Assembly (NCBI GenBank): GCA_002633005.1
Contig: NMRA01000095.1
Coordinates: forward strand, 525,889 to 589,888
Direction of reading: 5' to 3'
Source of the DNA: Phoronis australis
Taxonomy: Eukaryota > Animalia > Phoronida
Length of the DNA stretch: 64,000 nt
Positions within the stretch are counted from its first letter, which is position 1. The number at the start of each line of letters is the position of its first letter. The translations under genes and the position numbers were made by a program. Shown here one piece after another: positions 60,801-64,000 of this stretch. The notes under the pieces were generated by a model. The model searched no databases. It was not told the DNA's origin and worked only from the letters and a program-made list of their open reading frames with translations.

Positions 60801-63300
60801 GCTGCTCTTTCAGCCTCAAATGACAACCAACACTGTTGTTGTTCAGCAGCCGGCTGCGCCAACCGTCCTTGTACAAGGTCAACGCGGATGGTCAAGCGGA
60901 CTGTGTGCTTGCGGTGATGACGTCTCTATGTGTAAGTTGGATAACGCTTCATGTTCATGAACAGGCCAATGTTGGTTCCCGTTGTAAATAGGCTGTACAA
61001 ATGTATCCAAGGGTTCTTAAATCATACAGATATCTCGAATCACTGCACTCGAAATTTGCCCTCAATCACTTGAGTTGCACCTTGGATTCAAACCCGGTCC
61101 GACCCTCTGTAGTCGCAGCTTCCGTTGATCTAATTCATATTCGTTAAACGGTAAAGTATTTTAATCGTATTTAAATACACCACCAAAGATCAGCGAATGT
61201 CTGGATCACAGCACACTTACAAAATTTTAAAACACAATTTCTATTGTTGTTTTACAGCTCTGATCAAATCCGTCACCCACAATAATTGTAAATAATTATA
61301 TATTTTTTCTACAGTGAATTCAATATTGTCTCTCTTAATGTTCATAAAAGGCCACTATGGTGAAAAGGTAATTTTGAGTTTCCATGGGCTATACATGGGC
61401 GGTGCAGCACTGAAAAAAAGGGGGCTATACATGGGCGGCGCACCATAGGGGGCTGGGGGGGCTATAGCCTCCACTTTTTCAGTGCTACGCCGCACATGGT
61501 CTATAGGCGGTGCATCACAGGGGGGCTGAGGGGGCTTTATCCCTCCTCTTTTTTCAATGCTGCGCCCCCATGCTATAGCCCCCCCAGTCCCCCAACCCTG
61601 TGGTGCACCGCCCATATACCATAAGCGGCGCAATACTGAAATAAGTGGGGGGCTATAGCCCCTTAGCTCCCCTATGGTGCGCCACCCATGGTTTCTGGAA
61701 TGGGCTGCACGGTGAAATCGAATCCGGTTCCTCTGCAGTCTCAATCTAAGGGTCTATCACTGAGCTAAATCAAACAAAATAACCTGGGAAACTGATCGCG
61801 AAATAGCATGCGAACAACAAGAGAAATCTTAATAATTTTACTGGGGATTGTTCTAAAACCCCTCGACCCCCACACCTTACGACCCCTTCGACCCACGACT
61901 CCCTAGACCCAGTCTACACAAGCTCGACTCTATCTGAACATAGAACAAACTGTAATTTCGTCAGTAAAAAAACAATCTGTTAACTAAAAAAGTTTTTCAA
62001 CATTATATGGAGTATACTGTAAATGATTATACAGCAGAAAGCAAGTAATAAAAATGTAAAATTATGTACATTCACGTTAACGCAGTCCCTCCCTATGTTT
62101 AGCAGAACTTGGTCATTGGGAGCCGCCCGTGGAACTATTTCCGTGACAACGATAGCGCGCTGGCGCTCTGCTATCGATATTTCTGATCACGTTCTCACGC
62201 CACTTTCTGTTTTCAATCACTATAGACTTGACCCAGAGGAGACTCTCGTGTAGGTATGCCTTATGGGAAAGTCACGCATCTACGTAATAAAATTATGAAA
62301 TATTTAAAAAGCGCAAAAATATGATTGCCACAGGTCGATCGTGGGTCGAGGGGGTCGTGGGTCGAGGGGGTCATGAGTCGTGGATCGAGGTGGTTGTGGG
62401 TCGAGGAGGTCGTGGGTCGAGTGGTATGGGGGTCGAGGGAGTTTTAAAACAATTCTTTTGCTGATGCTTGAACCATAGATTGTAGACAACAGATTCGCAA
62501 CTCCTCTTCCTAAATTATCACTTTCCGGTTAGCGTGTTGTGACGGGAAATTCTCGCATCTACTTTACTTTCCAGTACAACAAAAAAAATAATAATTTTGG
62601 CTTGAAACGCGGTTCAAAGTCCACCAATAGTAGAACTGTTAGTATCGTGAGTACTTTTGGCAATGCTAATACCGCCCGACCACACAGCAGACGACGTACT
62701 TGTCGGAAATAACTCGATAATTTGGCCAGGTGTCGCTAGTGAATAATGACGTAACGGCTTGTGCGTAAGACCACAGATTTCGTCCATTGCCGAAAGTATA
62801 CGGAGTTGGCGGTCCATGTTCTATAGTCTATGCTTGAACGTATTGAGTTGAAATAGAAAACCTAAGATAGGCAGAAAAATTGTAGATTAAGGTCATCAAG
62901 CCGCATGAGTCGAGAACTTCAGTTTACTCCCATGCAATATTGGTCAACCTGGCCAATGCATATCGCCTTTGTAATTAAATTGCAGACCATTTGGTAAATG
63001 TTCACTTATGGCTGCATTCGATTGACTTTCGCCGGTTCTGCCGTGTCAACTAACTAAGACATGTGTTTGATCTTGATCAAGAACCAATCAGATGTCTTAG
63101 ACTTAGCCAAATGACCCGGCTGTACAGGCGAATCTTGTGTCATTACTGTTTTCTATCTAGGTCTCCTCGTTGCCTGCTTTCCTCAATGCTATGAGCTGTA
63201 TTTGGCGCACAAGATGGACGAGTGCTGTTGTCTGCCTTGCTGTGTTCCCGGCGCGCTCATAGCCATGCGCGCGCATTTCAGAGGAAAGCACAATATCAGG
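54685..63300 (+). CDS. PLAC8/cornifelin-family Cys-rich protein, 3'-incomplete
   Basis: join(54685..54867,60814..60931,63161..63300): P/Q/G-rich N-terminus, TVVVQQP, WSSGLCACGDDVSMCLLVACFPQC...MDECCCLPCCVPGALIAMRAHFRGKHNIR; the last exon is expected beyond the window. Confidence 0.9.
56200..59560 (-). pseudogene. Academ transposase/XPG-like polyprotein remnant (many stops and frameshifts)
   Basis: Short ORFs 58805..59101, 58169..58393, 57985..58212, 57872..58084, 57524..57829 and 57023..57253 are colinear pieces of one protein. Confidence 0.75.
57478..57693 (+). mobile_element. tRNA-derived SINE nested in the Academ element
   Basis: A-box tgactcagtgg, B-box-like ggctcaaattc; 12-bp flanking direct repeat ttagggatggtg (57466-57477, 57694-57705); interrupts the PPSL codons. 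Confidence 0.8.
60814..60931 (+). CDS. PLAC8-like exon
   Basis: PQMTTNTVVVQQPAAPTVLVQGQRGWSSGLCACGDDVSM; tttcag / gtaagt. Confidence 0.9.
61394..61690. mobile_element. Dimeric GC-rich MITE (about 145 bp) with an inverted copy of itself nested inside (61430..61572)
   Basis: CATG termini; inner copy flanked by ctata direct repeat. Confidence 0.75.
61846..62455. mobile_element. Foldback-like non-autonomous TIR element with subterminal (tcgacccacgacc) repeats
   Basis: attgttctaaaacccctcgacccccacacc versus ggtatgggggtcgagggagttttaaaacaat. Confidence 0.6.
62474..62832. mobile_element. Non-autonomous TIR element family C
   Basis: catagattgtaga ... tctatagtctatg, flanked by direct repeat cttgaac; homologous to 41482..41819. 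Confidence 0.8.
63161..63300 (+). CDS. PLAC8-like exon
   Basis: CLLVACFPQCYELYLAHKMDECCCLPCCVPGALIAMRAHFRGKHNIR; atctag / gtaagt. Confidence 0.9.
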
Positions 63301-64000
63301 GTAAGTAACACCATGGTAACACTGAACACCAGTCCTAAAGAATGAACATTTTTATCATTGGTGTTGGTCAGTTTACACGAACCGCTATATCTTATCGACA
63401 ATGTTTCACAGAGTCCGCTGTCGATATAAGCCACGATGATCTCGAAAATGGAAAAAATGTGAATTCATGTTGCATTCGAATCATGTTTTTGGGCAGTTTC
63501 CAGTTTCCCGCTCCGCCAACCGGTTCCGTGGAAGCCACGACTCGGGAATGAGTTTTGCAAAATGATGACAGGGCATCGTAAGTCTGCAGTGATAATCGTT
63601 CATAAATTGTCGACTTTCCGGTTCACCGAATCCACAGCTTAGGAATAACTTCTTCCAGAGTAGTGATTGGACCACTACTTATCTCATCCTGCCCTCATAA
63701 CGACGACAGGTTGATGGAGGTTAGTGTGGGGAAAATGGAGAGTCGACATTTTATATTTTTTTGTAAACTGCCACAGTGTCCTAAACAACTATGCGCAACA
63801 ATCGTTTTTGTAGCGCCACCAAACTGTGCAAAATAGTGGATAGTGATTAAGAATTTTTGGTTTCTATGTTATGTCATAACATTCACGATTTATGTACTCA
63901 GCAGACACCAAATTGTGATTAAAAATCGATTATCTTTTTATATATCGATTCACTGATACAATATCTCTGTTTAGTCATCGCCAGTCTTGGCAAATCTTTA

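Noticed and set aside
1-64000. A functional multi-gene system linking the four genes
   Set aside because: KIAA1549-like, otopetrin, Hikeshi and PLAC8 have no known shared pathway; adjacency in an animal genome is not evidence without conserved synteny or co-expression

Overview
Eukaryotic, AT-rich, intron-rich animal genomic DNA, most likely a heterozygous invertebrate (lineage not determinable here), from an assembly with single-N contig joins. Four spliced protein-coding genes were reconstructed by hand with phase-consistent GT-AG junctions. (1) A KIAA1549/UPF0606-family single-pass membrane protein (+, 14 exons, 1..17049, probably 5'-incomplete) with a large mucin-like exon containing an 11 x 138-bp VNTR. 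(2) A divergent two-exon otopetrin-family proton-channel gene (+, 25938..30493). (3) Hikeshi (-, 4 exons, 49485..39025, 196 aa). (4) A PLAC8/cornifelin-family gene (+, 54685..>63300, 3'-incomplete). The PLAC8 gene's first coding intron holds a decayed Academ-type DNA transposon (imperfect TIRs, GTA TSD) with a nested tRNA-derived SINE. The window also has several MITE families (one inserted into a copy of itself), many minisatellites, and three N-joined tandem duplications that look like uncollapsed haplotypes. I found no CRISPR, rRNA or credible tRNA gene and no clear new multi-gene system. The best leads are the altered otopetrin pore residues, a triple-furin peptide cassette and a repeat-born candidate microexon in the KIAA1549-like gene, and the self-nested MITE. 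Family assignments come from remembered motifs, not database searches.
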